Shown: one piece after another, positions 40,401 through 50,279 of the stretch
Position numbering within the stretch: the first letter of the stretch is position 1
Layout: every line of letters starts with the position of its first letter
Assembly: GCA_963662585.1 (NCBI GenBank)
Contig: OY759729.1
Span: 2,720,001-2,784,000, forward strand
Direction of reading: 5' to 3'
Length of the DNA stretch: 64,000 bases
Origin: Candidatus Cloacimonadales bacterium
GTDB lineage: Bacteria > Cloacimonadota > Cloacimonadia > Cloacimonadales > JAFGVF01
Position numbers and translations under genes: made by a program
Notes under the pieces: generated by a model
Told to the model about the DNA's origin: nothing
What the model saw: only the letters and a program-made list of their open reading frames with translations
Database searches by the model: none

Positions 40401-41290
40401 ATGTATGAAGAGAGTGAATCTCCATGCACTAGCACTTCTCCGCTTAAATTTGGCTCACCTTGCAGGGGAAATGAGGGTAGCCATTTCTGAATTTCTGAAA
40501 AACTCAAAGGTTCAGCTTTGAAGCTAAGATTGGCTATTCGAGAAGGCTGATTTATCATATCTCCTCTTAATATAATCTGGGACTTTGGCGATGAAATTAA
40601 TAGTTCTTTTAAACTAATATCTTGCTGATCATTTCCTTGTAAATCTTTGAGAGAAAGAGTAATTTCTTGTGGCTCTACTGCAAGCTCAGCCTTACTTAGT
40701 TTCCACTCTAAGACTTCACCTAAACTGGCTTGAGCAAGAATTTGTGTAATGGAAATCTCACTAGGTATCTGCTCAGGTAGATTATCACCAGAGATATTTA
40801 CATGGGAGTTGGAAAGACTAAAGCTTTCTAATTCTATAAGCCAAGAACTTGAGCTTGGGTCACTTTTAGTAGTTTCTTTTTTAATAGGAATATTAGTTAT
40901 ATTCCAGATTCCCAGCTCATCTTGATGTAGATTAACTTTTAAATCTGATAGTGAAATTGCTTTTATTATTATTTTTTTATCAAGTAGAGATCCTAAATCA
41001 TAACTTATGGCAATTTCTTTCAAAGAAATCAATTCTGTTTTACTAGCATCTAAGTTATGCTCAGATAATATAATATCTTCTAGTATTAAATTATTAAATA
41101 TATTTCCTTCTAAACTAGCAATTTCTATAGAACCATTAATCTGCTTATTTACTTGAGTAATTATTGTTTTACGGACAAAATTCAAAAAGAAGGAAGATTG
41201 AATTAGGAAATAAGCAAGAACTAGGATAATAATAAAGATTCCTAATCCCAGAGATGAGTAGAATAAAATTCTATTTTTTCTTTTACCCAT
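37466..41290 (-). CDS. tamB: translocation/assembly module TamB-like protein
   Basis: N-terminal TM anchor, long beta-rich body, C-terminal DUF490-like G.Y..YGRRF.I.KG...F.G....P and VGKYLT..LF.SY. Confidence 0.8.
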   Translation of the reverse strand: MGKRKNRILFYSSLGLGIFIIILVLAYFLIQSSFFLNFVRKTIITQVNKQINGSIEIASLEGNIFNNLILEDIILSEHNLDASKTELISLKEIAISYDLGSLLDKKIIIKAISLSDLKVNLHQDELGIWNITNIPIKKETTKSDPSSSSWLIELESFSLSNSHVNISGDNLPEQIPSEISITQILAQASLGEVLEWKLSKAELAVEPQEITLSLKDLQGNDQQDISLKELLISSPKSQIILRGDMINQPSRIANLSFKAEPLSFSEIQKWLPSFPLQGEPNLSGEVLVHGDSLSSYITVNLADEQVILNAQLPDLQNPFTALLDLSWENINSNSWKSDLPQSKLTGNLIASIQGDSWPEVEADLSLQLDKSSFNTYKIYTFRLDSKGSPAQLNNSLQAESEFGEINVTADLVNLLDEVGYAISGSFRDLDILKIIPTWPYQAKINTQFDLKGKGLDPKEINSDFNFNFASSSFANKTIEKLKLTGNYQQGNYNLNEMELDYDGLEITAQGQGNIYGDHNISYNLQLNSLPQFVQELQADLALKGRISGRASGSVEDLIASTTIDLQDIKYQDYQLASLIGNSVVKLKDKIPEVDFTGSLTKIELPNLPIDSTWIDVKYTQDKLFLDLNLIQSDTLDIGLRGDVFPIQKLANFSKLEINALGQNWYNRPDTLKVNFDPNQFSLENLELVSDTQTIIANFTLDSQESYDILVKCDSLALWPLSYLNSDLATIKGKLSLNIAGKGDIKNPKLSLAWRLDNLSLKEIEIKKITGNVDYQDNLAQLDLKVNRAKEESISLTGFLPFHADISTKEFKFLKDEQLNLNLKISPIDLNELNDYTDAVKDVKGNFNLSATLENTFNKPLINAKLLVEDVAFKLPSLGIDYRNINLDFQAHNNKLELKKFSLPSGKKGYLQANASTILNLKDARLDSLRFFLEAKNWQAMKNSDMDLMLDSKIEIAGNSTNPTFSGYLNVLRAKLYLPALLGKEKKKVILSTPLLLANSPSSDLPENTEAKLEKKPSQLMKNLRGRLKLSFPHNTWIKSKEMNVELGGELEIIKNSPDFTLSGNVMVLRGNYTVYGRRFIITKGNVYFQGESDMNPEISIIADYILRSSSQEKVTLSIHITGRLQQPLIQFFLDDEPISEGDGVSYIVFGKSTAELSSGERSQMDSSGEDNLATQILVNQIASRVTSLLQNRLNLDVIEFKSDANWRQAQVLVGKYLTNDLFLSYERELSFGSDNEVIPEKITLEYEIIPQLYLQGTQGGENATGVDLIWKFSK

Positions 41291-43113
41291 TAAAATGCTT
41301 CTCCGATATTCAAGTAAAACTGAAATTCTTTATATGATTTGGATAGTGGGAAGGCTACATCAAAGCGAATTGGACCTAAAGGTGTTTTTATTCTTAACCC
41401 AGTACCTGAGGCATACTCCAACTGGCTGAGATTATGGTCATAAGTTCCAGTCCACACATTACCTGCATCACAGAAGATAACTCCTGAGATAATATTCCAG
41501 ATTGGATAACGAAACTCTACACTTGATTCTAGGATGCTGTTGCCACCTAAAGAAAGGTCATCATCGCTTTTAGGACCTAAATCAAAACGAGCCCAACCAC
41601 GCACAGAATTACTTCCACCAGCATAAAACCTATCAGCAATAGGAGTTAATTCACCAGCTCTAAGTGATTTCATAAATCCATATTGCACTCGAGTAGCTAA
41701 CACAAGTTCTTGATAAATATTAGTATATTTTCTTACTTCAGATGAAGTCATTGTATAATGATAATCACTATTGAAGCCAATTCCTACCCAAGTTAAGGCT
41801 GAAGAAAGGTACCAACCGCTTAAGGGTGAAAACATAGGCTGGGAATCATCATATACCATTCCTATTGTTGCAGAAGATTGCCTGTAATCTCCTTTCCCTT
41901 CTGCAATTAAATCATCTTCTAAGAGGGGAGATGCTGTTTTTAAATTATCCCACTCCACTCCGTAATTCAAATAAGTTGAGACGAAGTTTCCTAAGCTTAG
42001 TTGATAGTTAATAAAAGAACCGATTCTCGAAAGTGTATAATTTGTCTCATCTTCTTTACGGGCAAAAGGATTTAAGGTTAAAGATCCATTCGGGTGGAAT
42101 ATGGCAGGTTGAGTAAGCTTTAGTGATAAATTATAAGGTTCCAGGAAAGAGTATTTAGCAAAGAAGACTGCTTTACGAACTCCTCCTAAAAAGCCTAACT
42201 TAGTAACAGTTACTGCTGTTCTAAATTTATCTTCTTGTCCATAACCCACACCTAACTTAAAGCTAAGTCTAGGAGCTTCTTTTAAATCAATCTGAATAGC
42301 TATAGTATTATCAGTTTCTTCATCCAAAACACTACGAACTGTCACATATTGAAACATTCCTAAGCCTTGAATTTTTCTTTGTAAGTTCTGTAGGTATTTC
42401 TCACTGTATACTTCTCCTTGAGGAGCTAAATATTTTTCTAAAATTGAATAGGGAACTTCTTCCACCCCAGTAAAAGTTGTTGTTCCAAAATAACATAAAG
42501 GTCCTGGTTTTAAATCAAAATCTATGCTTACTCTATTGTTTTCTTTTTTAAGGCTTAATTTATAGCTTACTTCTTGGTAGGCATAACCTTGCTTTGCTAA
42601 CCACTTTCCTAAAGTGTTTTGGACTTCTAGCAAATCTTCATCTCTAAATCTAGAAGCTTCTTGCAAGGGTAAATCTGCTATAAAGTAATTCAAAGCTTCT
42701 TGTGATAATGAAGAATCAGCAGATTCTGGAATCTGTAGATTATAATTAATCTTTTCAATTAAAATAGGCTTATTCTCGTCAACAATGAATTCAATCTCAA
42801 CTGCTTCTTTTTCAGCAATTTCTGTAATTTTAGAATCTACTTCAACATCAAGAAAACCCTCTTTTTGATAGAAGTTTTTGATTAAATCTAAATCAGTGAT
42901 TAAATCAGCTTCATAATACCGCTCAGCTTGAGTCCAAAACAACATTTTTTGCCAGAAAGATTTTTCTTGTAAAGTAAGTTTCTTTTTAAGCTTACTTTCA
43001 GAGATAGACTCCATTCCGCTAATTTTCACCTCTTTTATCTTATTATTCTCTTGGGCAAAGAGGGAAGAGAAGAGACATAAGGCAATAAGTCCTATTAAAT
43101 ATGTTTTTTTCAT
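41290..43113 (-). CDS. Omp85/TamA-BamA family outer-membrane protein
   Basis: POTRA-like repeats; RFYAGGSNSVRGW, G.GLR..TPLGPIRFDVA, IGEAF C-terminus; true ATG at 43113 overlaps the corA stop. Confidence 0.88.
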   Translation of the reverse strand: MKKTYLIGLIALCLFSSLFAQENNKIKEVKISGMESISESKLKKKLTLQEKSFWQKMLFWTQAERYYEADLITDLDLIKNFYQKEGFLDVEVDSKITEIAEKEAVEIEFIVDENKPILIEKINYNLQIPESADSSLSQEALNYFIADLPLQEASRFRDEDLLEVQNTLGKWLAKQGYAYQEVSYKLSLKKENNRVSIDFDLKPGPLCYFGTTTFTGVEEVPYSILEKYLAPQGEVYSEKYLQNLQRKIQGLGMFQYVTVRSVLDEETDNTIAIQIDLKEAPRLSFKLGVGYGQEDKFRTAVTVTKLGFLGGVRKAVFFAKYSFLEPYNLSLKLTQPAIFHPNGSLTLNPFARKEDETNYTLSRIGSFINYQLSLGNFVSTYLNYGVEWDNLKTASPLLEDDLIAEGKGDYRQSSATIGMVYDDSQPMFSPLSGWYLSSALTWVGIGFNSDYHYTMTSSEVRKYTNIYQELVLATRVQYGFMKSLRAGELTPIADRFYAGGSNSVRGWARFDLGPKSDDDLSLGGNSILESSVEFRYPIWNIISGVIFCDAGNVWTGTYDHNLSQLEYASGTGLRIKTPLGPIRFDVAFPLSKSYKEFQFYLNIGEAF

Positions 43114-44177
43114 TATAACCATTTTTTTCTTTTGAAATAGATGAGCATGCCAATAGCCATAAGGACCATTACACCCCACATTATGAAGTAAGAGTACTTG
43201 TAGTGTAGTTCGGGAACAAAATCAAAATTAGTCCCATAAATCCCTGCAACAAAGGTAAGAGGAATAAAGATAACAGAAAAGATAGTAAGGAATTTCATTA
43301 TATCATTTAACTTGCTACTAATAGTAGTGTGATAGATGTTTAACTGGTCAGAAAGAATTTCTCGATAACTCTCAGAATAATCATTAGCTAAACTGATATT
43401 GGCTAAAAGCTCATTAAAATGAATCTCTGTTGTATCAGCTATTAAATCAGACTCCAATTTAACTAGGGAAAGTATCATATCATGGGCAGGTTTAATGTTC
43501 CTACGCAGGAAGTTAAGCTCCTGTTTATAGTGATTAATACTATCTATAATCCCCTTAGGTGGATCTTCAAAAAGACTATTTTCTAGCTCCTCTATTTTAT
43601 CTCCCAATATACTGATTGCATAGATATAATTATCTACTACAACATCTAGTAGAGCAAAAGCTAGGTAGTCTGTACCAGAAGAACGAATTCTCTTTTTCTG
43701 ATTTCTTATCCTTTCTCTAACTGGCTCAAAAACATCTCCCTTTTTTTCCTGAAAAGAAATCAAGACAGATTTAGTGATGATTAAACTTAAATGTTCAACC
43801 GAAAGTTCACTCGTCTCTTTATCTATCTGAAGCATCTTTATAGATAAAAATATGCAATTTGAATGCTCTTCAAGCTTTGGCCTACTTCCAATATTCATCA
43901 CATCAGACAAAATTACTTTGTCTAACTGAAAACCTTGTGCTATGTCTTGCATTACTTTCTGATTATGAAGTCCATCTACATTGAACCAAGTAACTGTATC
44001 TTTGTCTCGATATTTTAAGACATCCTTTACTTTCTCTAAACGAATTTCTTCCATATCACTTGTATCAAAATCTATTACTCGCAGTAGTATGTTATCTATT
44101 TTCTGCTTACCAAAAAAGAGCAAGTCATCAGGTGAAACCCCGATTTCATGTTTATGCTTTTTTATAAATCTAGACAT
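43113..44177 (-). CDS. corA: magnesium/cobalt transporter CorA
   Basis: W.NVDGLH, RPK.E, SFQE..GDVF.PVRERIR, LTIFSVIFIPLTFVAGIYG, PELHYKYSY. The canonical GMN motif reads GTN here. Confidence 0.9.
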   Translation of the reverse strand: MSRFIKKHKHEIGVSPDDLLFFGKQKIDNILLRVIDFDTSDMEEIRLEKVKDVLKYRDKDTVTWFNVDGLHNQKVMQDIAQGFQLDKVILSDVMNIGSRPKLEEHSNCIFLSIKMLQIDKETSELSVEHLSLIITKSVLISFQEKKGDVFEPVRERIRNQKKRIRSSGTDYLAFALLDVVVDNYIYAISILGDKIEELENSLFEDPPKGIIDSINHYKQELNFLRRNIKPAHDMILSLVKLESDLIADTTEIHFNELLANISLANDYSESYREILSDQLNIYHTTISSKLNDIMKFLTIFSVIFIPLTFVAGIYGTNFDFVPELHYKYSYFIMWGVMVLMAIGMLIYFKRKKWL

Positions 44178-44355
44178 GGTATCCTCCATTTATACTTTAA
44201 GTTCAGACCGATCTTTTTTACTTTATCAAACAATAATATTATTCCAGAATATCTGAAAATTAACTATTATTCTAGTATCTAAAAAATAATTTATTCTGTC
44301 AAGGATTTGTAATGATTATTTCTTTGGGAACTAAGAAGTGGGGAAAGTGGAAGAG

Positions 44356-45046
44356 GCCACCCTGTCAGTGAAATACACTGCCACCCCTCCACGATAGGGG
44401 AATATAACTCCCACGAATACTTATACTCTTAGTTCCTCTAGCAGTTTAAACTACCATTGATAAAGATTGCAAGACTCCCTTCTATATTACTATAGGTCCC
44501 ACTTTTTCTAAAAGTGGTCCAGTTTATAGAAAATACTTTAAAAACTTTTGCCTTATAGAATATATTCTATAAGGTCGCTAAGTAATGTTAGTTTTGTGTA
44601 ACAAAATAAGTGTAATGTATAATCATTATATTTCCCATCCTTTCTTGCTGTTCACTCAATGCTCCTTCTCACTCATCTCAAATAAACTCCAAATAATGTT
44701 TGTCTTGAGTGACAAGGAGCAGGGGAAGACTATAAAGATGAGCTCTTGTTTCCCCTTGCTGAAGGGGTTTTAAAAAATATGGAAACACCCCCTGTGTCCC
44801 CCTCGCGGAGGGGGATTTGTAGGGGCGAATCATCATTCGCCCATAAGAAGAAACACCCCCTGTGTCCCCCTCGCTGAAGGGGATAAATTATAAATGAGCA
44901 AAGACTTCTTTTGCCGGATTGCATGCACCTTGCATGCGAAACACCTTATCAAAATCTAATATTATCTTAAGATTACCCAGCATTTCATGCTGGGTGCAGG
45001 CAAGATGCCTGCGTTCCCAGTTAAAAGCTGCTTCGCAGCCACACCT
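44356..45046. repeat. mosaic of dispersed REP-like hairpins
   Basis: CCACCCTGTC..GCCACCCCTCC..AGGGGAAT; CCTTATAGAATATATTCTATAAGG palindrome; AAACACCCCCTGTGTCCCCCTCG x2; GTAGGGGCGAATCATCATTCGCCC; CCCAGCATTTCATGCTGGG; GCAGGCAAGATGCCTGC. Confidence 0.7.
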
Positions 45047-45608
45047 TTTTTAGCGTGCTTTCAGCACTAAAGCGGGGAATTTAAGATTCACGGACTAAAG
45101 GTCCGTAACCCCAGTTAATGGAAGCAGGGACGCTTCCATTCCATAGTCGAAATCACCCCCTGTGTCCCCCTCACGGAGGGGGATTTAAGAAGAAACACCC
45201 CGTCATCTTCGATGCCACCCCTCTTTTAGCGTGCTTTCAGCACTAAAGCGAGGAATTTAAGATTCACAAACTAAAGGTCCGTAACCCCAGTTAATGGAAG
45301 CAGGGACGCTTCCATTCCATAGTCGAAATCACCCTCTGTTTCCCCCTCACGGAGGGGGATTTAAGAAGAAACACCCCGTCATCTTCGATGCCACCCCTCT
45401 TTTAGCGTGCTTTCAGCACTAAAGCGGGGAATTTAAGATTCACGGACTAAAGGTCCGTAACCCCAGTTAATGGAAGCAGAGACGCTTCCATTCTATAGGA
45501 AACACCCCCTGTGTCCCCCTCGCGGAGGGGGATTTAAGAGAAACACCCCTCATCTTCGATGCCACCCCTTTTTTAGCGTGCTTTCAGCACTAAAGTGGGG
45601 ATTTTAAG
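45047..45608. repeat. tandem array of ~176-bp composite hairpin units (3 full plus 1 partial)
   Basis: TAGCGTGCTTTCAGCACTAAAG recurs at 45051, 45227, 45403 and 45574. Confidence 0.9.
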
Positions 45609-45622
45609 AGTGTGATAATCCT

Positions 45623-48600
45623 TTATAGTGACTTTGGCTTAATTTCGCTACAGCCAGGACCTTGCATAGAGCTTCTTCCTCCGGAGATTGGACTTATCGA
45701 AATCTGGGTAGAAATTCTATCTTTTAGAGAAGTAACATGAGATATTACTCCAATAAGTTTTCCATCTTGGTGGAGACCTGATAAGGATTCTAAGGCTGTT
45801 TCCAAAGCATTTTCATCTAGAGTACCGAATCCTTCATCAAGAAATAGAGAATCAACTCTTACTTTTTTACTAGCCATTTTGGAAAGTCCTAGTGCTAAAG
45901 CCAAACTAACAATAAAGCTTTCTCCTCCTGAGAGGTTTTTTGTTGATCTCATTTCTCCTGCTTGGTAGTTATCTATGACATTAAGTTCTAAAGGTTTATC
46001 TTTATCACGAATTAGCAAATAGCGATTAGTCATCTTGGCTAATTGATCATTTGCATGAAGAACCATTAATTCAAAGGTTAAGCCTTGAGCGAAGTTTCGG
46101 TACTTTTTACCATCAAAGGAACCAATGAGCTGGTTAAGTCTTTCCCAGCGATCATTCTCTTTTTGTTGAGCCTTAATAGTTACTTGCTTTTGCTTTATTT
46201 TTGCTTTTGCCTTATTATTCTCAGTAATTTTATTTCTAATTTCTGCCAAGCTATCTCTAAGCTTTTCTAAAGCAACTAAATCTTCTTTAGCTTCTCTAAC
46301 TAAATCATCTTTGCTTTTATCAGTAATATTCTTTATCTCTTCTTCTTGCAAACCTTGCTTGCTATCATTTAATCTAGCTTTTAGCTCGGTCATCGCATCA
46401 TCAAGTTTTTTAGCTTCTTCTGATAAAATGTCTTTTTCTTCATGAGTTATTAGGGCAAGGAGAAATTGCTTTTCCTTTAAGAATTCCTTTTCATTGAGCT
46501 CTTGTAGGAAATCTTTTTCTTTCTTAACTAAGTCAATCTTTCTTTGCTTAATTTTAAGTTTAAGAGACTCTAATTGCTTACTCCTTGTTACTAAATCTTG
46601 TTGAAGTTCAATATTCTTATCTCTGCTCTGCTTTTCCTTATCTTCGGCCTGGTTAAGAGCTTTTTGAAGTAGCTTCTCTTCTAAATCAGGATTTTTATTT
46701 CCGTATAGTTTAACACGCTTTTCTCTGAAAGTAGTTTCATCTTCTTTCAGTTTTAGCAATTCTGCATGCTTGATATTTAACTCGTTTGTATGATGGTTAA
46801 TAAAATCATCGATTGTCTTTATTTGGCTTTCAATAGCTGTAAGATCTTTCTCTAATTTACTTTTATCTTCTTGGCTAGAGATCCATTTGTTAAGATTATT
46901 GTGAAGAGTTTTTAATAACTCACTATTATCGAGAGGAAGCTTAGGGTCAATATTTAAGGGCTTAAGCATCTCTAAAATTCTAGCTTGTAATTCAGAATAC
47001 TTAATAAGTGATTTAGCTAATCTACTTTTTGAATCTTTAAGAAGATTCTCAGTACTTTTTACTTCATTCTCTATCAAGACTTTATTCCTATCTATCTCAA
47101 CTAGTTTCTTAATAAGATTTTTCTCTGCTTGTTCTAATTTCTTAATTTGATCTTCTTTATCTTCCGCCTGTTTAATTATTTCATCAATAACTTTAATTTC
47201 TTCTTCTATCTTATTGCTTTGCGGAACTTTATCATCTATATATGGATGTTGAAGAGAACCACAAAGAGGACAGGCTTCTCCTTTTCTTAAGCTTTTTCTT
47301 TCTTCTTCTAATAATTTGATCTTATTGAGGAAATATCTTTTTTCTTGTAGAGCCTCTTTCTTAGCTCTAAGTTCTCTTAAAAGAAAACCAGCCAGTAAAT
47401 TATCTAATGACTCTTTTACTGCTTGAAGATCTTTAGAAGCTTTGGCAATTTCCTCTTCTTGCTTTTTCTTTATTTCAATCAAGCTGTCTAGTTTTTGAGC
47501 AGACTTAGTGCCTACTAAGTTAGACTTAGCAATCTCAGTTTCCAACTCTTCTAGCTCTTTTTTCAGAGAATCTAGACTTCTTAACTCGTGCTCAACTCCT
47601 GCCAAGTTACTAACAAGCCATTTATCAGCTTTGTGGAGGGTAAGGTACTTGTTAACATCCTTAATTTTAAGAGCATTTTCTATCTTTTTCTTTTGCTCTT
47701 CTGCTAAGCTTGTTTTCAAATCTTGAATCTTCTTGGCAATAGCTTTATAGTTTTTTTCTTGATTTGATATGTTTTTTTCTTGTTCTGTGATACTTTGATC
47801 CAGAGACCGAACTTGCTTGATTAATTCAGAAGCATTATATTTATCTTCTTTTGCCTTTTTTGTTATCTCTTGGGCTTTCTTCAATAATTCAGCTTGCTGA
47901 CAGGCAATTTCTTTAAGTTTGGGAAGATTTTCTTCTAGTTCTGTTTGAGAAGCTAGTTCATTAATCTGCTGATTTCTTAAGTCAGATAGCTGAGAATAAT
48001 TAACTTCTAGGGAGAAAGCTCTGTTTGCCCAAGCTAATTTTTCTCGTTTAGCTTTAAAAGCTAGTAATTCAGCCTGCTGTTTGATTTCTTCTCTTTCAAG
48101 ATTGTTAATCTTTTCTTTAAATTCAGCTATCTTATTTAACCAGTTAAGAGCATTGTTAGTTGCAAGATATTTAGTCTTTAATTCTTCTTCGCGCTTCTGA
48201 CTCTCTTCAAACTTATCTTGTAAGTATATTTCTTGCGCTTCATTAAGTAAATCAGTACTTTCAATTTCTGCTTTAAGTAAGTTTAACTTCTCTTTTTCTT
48301 CTTTGCTTCTTTCATAAACACTTTTAGAAATATCTGAATAAACCTTAGAACCAGTTAATTGTTCTAAGATCTTAGACTTTTCATCTTCTCCTGCATTTAG
48401 AAAAGAGTCAAAACCACCCTGAGCTAATAGTACAGAACGAGTAAACCTCTCAAAGTCCATACCTGTTTTCTTTTCTATTACTCCTAAAACCAAACTTTTC
48501 TTAGTCTCAATTGGTTTTAGTGTTTTAGCGTCAATAATCTGATGTTCAACATCTTGTAATTTACCACTTGCTTTATTGCGTGCCCTTCTCTGTTCCCAAT

Positions 48601-48883
48601 GACAGCGGAAGATTCCTGCTTGAGTTTCAAAAAGAACTTCAGCATAGCATTGGCCAGTATTACGAGACATAATCTCATTTTCACTTTGATTAATTTTTTT
48701 AAGTCTTGGTGTTACCCCATACAAGGCCAAGCAGATGGCATCAAGAATTGTAGATTTACCAGCTCCTGTAGGGCCAGTTAGGGCAAATATACCGTTAGAA
48801 ACATAATTAGGGTCTGTAAAATCTATAATCCATTCACCATAAAGAGAATTGAGGTTTTGAAAGCGTAACTCTAATATCTTCAT
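45623..48883 (-). CDS. sbcC: SbcC (Rad50-like) ATPase
   Basis: GPTGAGKSTILDAICLALYG, LLAQG.F, zinc hook CPLCGS..HP, LSGGESF, LFLDEGFGTLD, IGVISHV. Confidence 0.95.
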   Translation of the reverse strand: MKILELRFQNLNSLYGEWIIDFTDPNYVSNGIFALTGPTGAGKSTILDAICLALYGVTPRLKKINQSENEIMSRNTGQCYAEVLFETQAGIFRCHWEQRRARNKASGKLQDVEHQIIDAKTLKPIETKKSLVLGVIEKKTGMDFERFTRSVLLAQGGFDSFLNAGEDEKSKILEQLTGSKVYSDISKSVYERSKEEKEKLNLLKAEIESTDLLNEAQEIYLQDKFEESQKREEELKTKYLATNNALNWLNKIAEFKEKINNLEREEIKQQAELLAFKAKREKLAWANRAFSLEVNYSQLSDLRNQQINELASQTELEENLPKLKEIACQQAELLKKAQEITKKAKEDKYNASELIKQVRSLDQSITEQEKNISNQEKNYKAIAKKIQDLKTSLAEEQKKKIENALKIKDVNKYLTLHKADKWLVSNLAGVEHELRSLDSLKKELEELETEIAKSNLVGTKSAQKLDSLIEIKKKQEEEIAKASKDLQAVKESLDNLLAGFLLRELRAKKEALQEKRYFLNKIKLLEEERKSLRKGEACPLCGSLQHPYIDDKVPQSNKIEEEIKVIDEIIKQAEDKEDQIKKLEQAEKNLIKKLVEIDRNKVLIENEVKSTENLLKDSKSRLAKSLIKYSELQARILEMLKPLNIDPKLPLDNSELLKTLHNNLNKWISSQEDKSKLEKDLTAIESQIKTIDDFINHHTNELNIKHAELLKLKEDETTFREKRVKLYGNKNPDLEEKLLQKALNQAEDKEKQSRDKNIELQQDLVTRSKQLESLKLKIKQRKIDLVKKEKDFLQELNEKEFLKEKQFLLALITHEEKDILSEEAKKLDDAMTELKARLNDSKQGLQEEEIKNITDKSKDDLVREAKEDLVALEKLRDSLAEIRNKITENNKAKAKIKQKQVTIKAQQKENDRWERLNQLIGSFDGKKYRNFAQGLTFELMVLHANDQLAKMTNRYLLIRDKDKPLELNVIDNYQAGEMRSTKNLSGGESFIVSLALALGLSKMASKKVRVDSLFLDEGFGTLDENALETALESLSGLHQDGKLIGVISHVTSLKDRISTQISISPISGGRSSMQGPGCSEIKPKSL

Positions 48884-48916
48884 AGTTCTTTACCCTGAAC
48901 GAGTTTTATTCTTAGA

Positions 48917-50146
48917 CTATTCAGCATTTTTATCCTCCTCTCTTAGGGCTTGCACAATTTCATTATAGGCAATCGTAAGCTCTTTGCTCTCTTCTTTAGT
49001 GATATTGGAAGCATCAAGAAGACGCCTAAAAACTTCCTCAACAGTAAGATCAGAAAGAGTTTCATTTTCAGCATTTGCCATTGCTAATCTTTTTGTAATT
49101 TGCTTATTTTCAACTTTTCTTACTTCTAAGAGAGTATCACTAACAGCTTCAGTAATGATTTCCCGAAGATTAGGGATAATCTCTTTGCCATTATATTCAA
49201 TTTCTAACCATGCATTGCTATTCTCTTTTTTAAGCTCTTCAATCTTTGCTTGAATCTCATCAATAGTGCCAGAAACACTAATAAGTCTCTGAAAAGTAGG
49301 CACAGTAAGTTCTTGAATAGTTGGCTTAGTATTAATAAATTCAACAATAATTATTTTCTTTTCCTGCTGAGCTTCACCAAATCCCATGGCTAGGGGTGAA
49401 CCACTATAGCGGATATGCTCTTTTTTGTTAACTAACTGGGGAATATGGAGATGTCCTAGAGCAAGGTAATCTATAACTGCAGGGAATTTATCTACAGGGA
49501 AATGGGTCAAAGATCCTATATAGAGGTCTCTAACTCCATCGTCTTTTTGAGTTTCACCTCCTGCTGTGAAGAGATGTCCCATGGCAATTATTGGGATATT
49601 ATCTTTGTTGAGCTCAACTCTTTTTTCTTCTGCAATTTGACAAACTTCTGAATAATGCTTAGTAATGCCTTCAATTAATTTGGCATTCTTATCATCAATA
49701 TTTTCACCTGCTTCAGCTGTTCTAATATCTTTGTCGCGTAAATAGGGGATAGCACAGATGATTGCTTCTACTTGATTATCTGTACTAAGAAGAATTACTT
49801 CATCTTCTAATGATTGGGAAATGGAACCTACAATATGAACATTCAGGGCTAAAAGAAGCTCTTTAGGAGCATCTAAAAAAGATGGTGAATCATGATTCCC
49901 AGCAATAACGACTATGTGTCGGCAAGAAGTCCTAGCTACTTGCCCCAAGAATTGATAGTAAAGATTTTGAGATCTGTTACTAGGAGTAGCAGTATCGAAA
50001 ACATCACCAGCAATAAGCAAAATGTCTATCTTCTCTTGCTTAATAGTTTGGACCAACCAAGTTAAAAAAGCTTCAAACTCCTCATACCTCTTTTTATCAT
50101 AAAGAGATCTTCCCAAATGCCAATCTGAAGTGTGTAGTATTCTCAT
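48917..50146 (-). CDS. sbcD: SbcD (Mre11-like) nuclease
   Basis: HTSDWHLG, AGDVFD, AGNHDS, GHL, YLALGHLH, RYSGSP. Confidence 0.95.
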   Translation of the reverse strand: MRILHTSDWHLGRSLYDKKRYEEFEAFLTWLVQTIKQEKIDILLIAGDVFDTATPSNRSQNLYYQFLGQVARTSCRHIVVIAGNHDSPSFLDAPKELLLALNVHIVGSISQSLEDEVILLSTDNQVEAIICAIPYLRDKDIRTAEAGENIDDKNAKLIEGITKHYSEVCQIAEEKRVELNKDNIPIIAMGHLFTAGGETQKDDGVRDLYIGSLTHFPVDKFPAVIDYLALGHLHIPQLVNKKEHIRYSGSPLAMGFGEAQQEKKIIIVEFINTKPTIQELTVPTFQRLISVSGTIDEIQAKIEELKKENSNAWLEIEYNGKEIIPNLREIITEAVSDTLLEVRKVENKQITKRLAMANAENETLSDLTVEEVFRRLLDASNITKEESKELTIAYNEIVQALREEDKNAE

Positions 50147-50279
50147 TGTGCCTCCTGAATCTCTTTAAATCCAAACAAGACAGTAAATCTTAACAAACTC
50201 TACTGGTTTTTTGGGTCAAGTAAGAATCATTAAGATCTACTGTAGCATCAAGGTTCATAAGATTATAAATATTATTAAT

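Noticed and set aside
45047..45608. 176-bp repeats as CRISPR or a coding repeat
   Set aside because: Whole units are near-identical with no variable spacers and no long ORF
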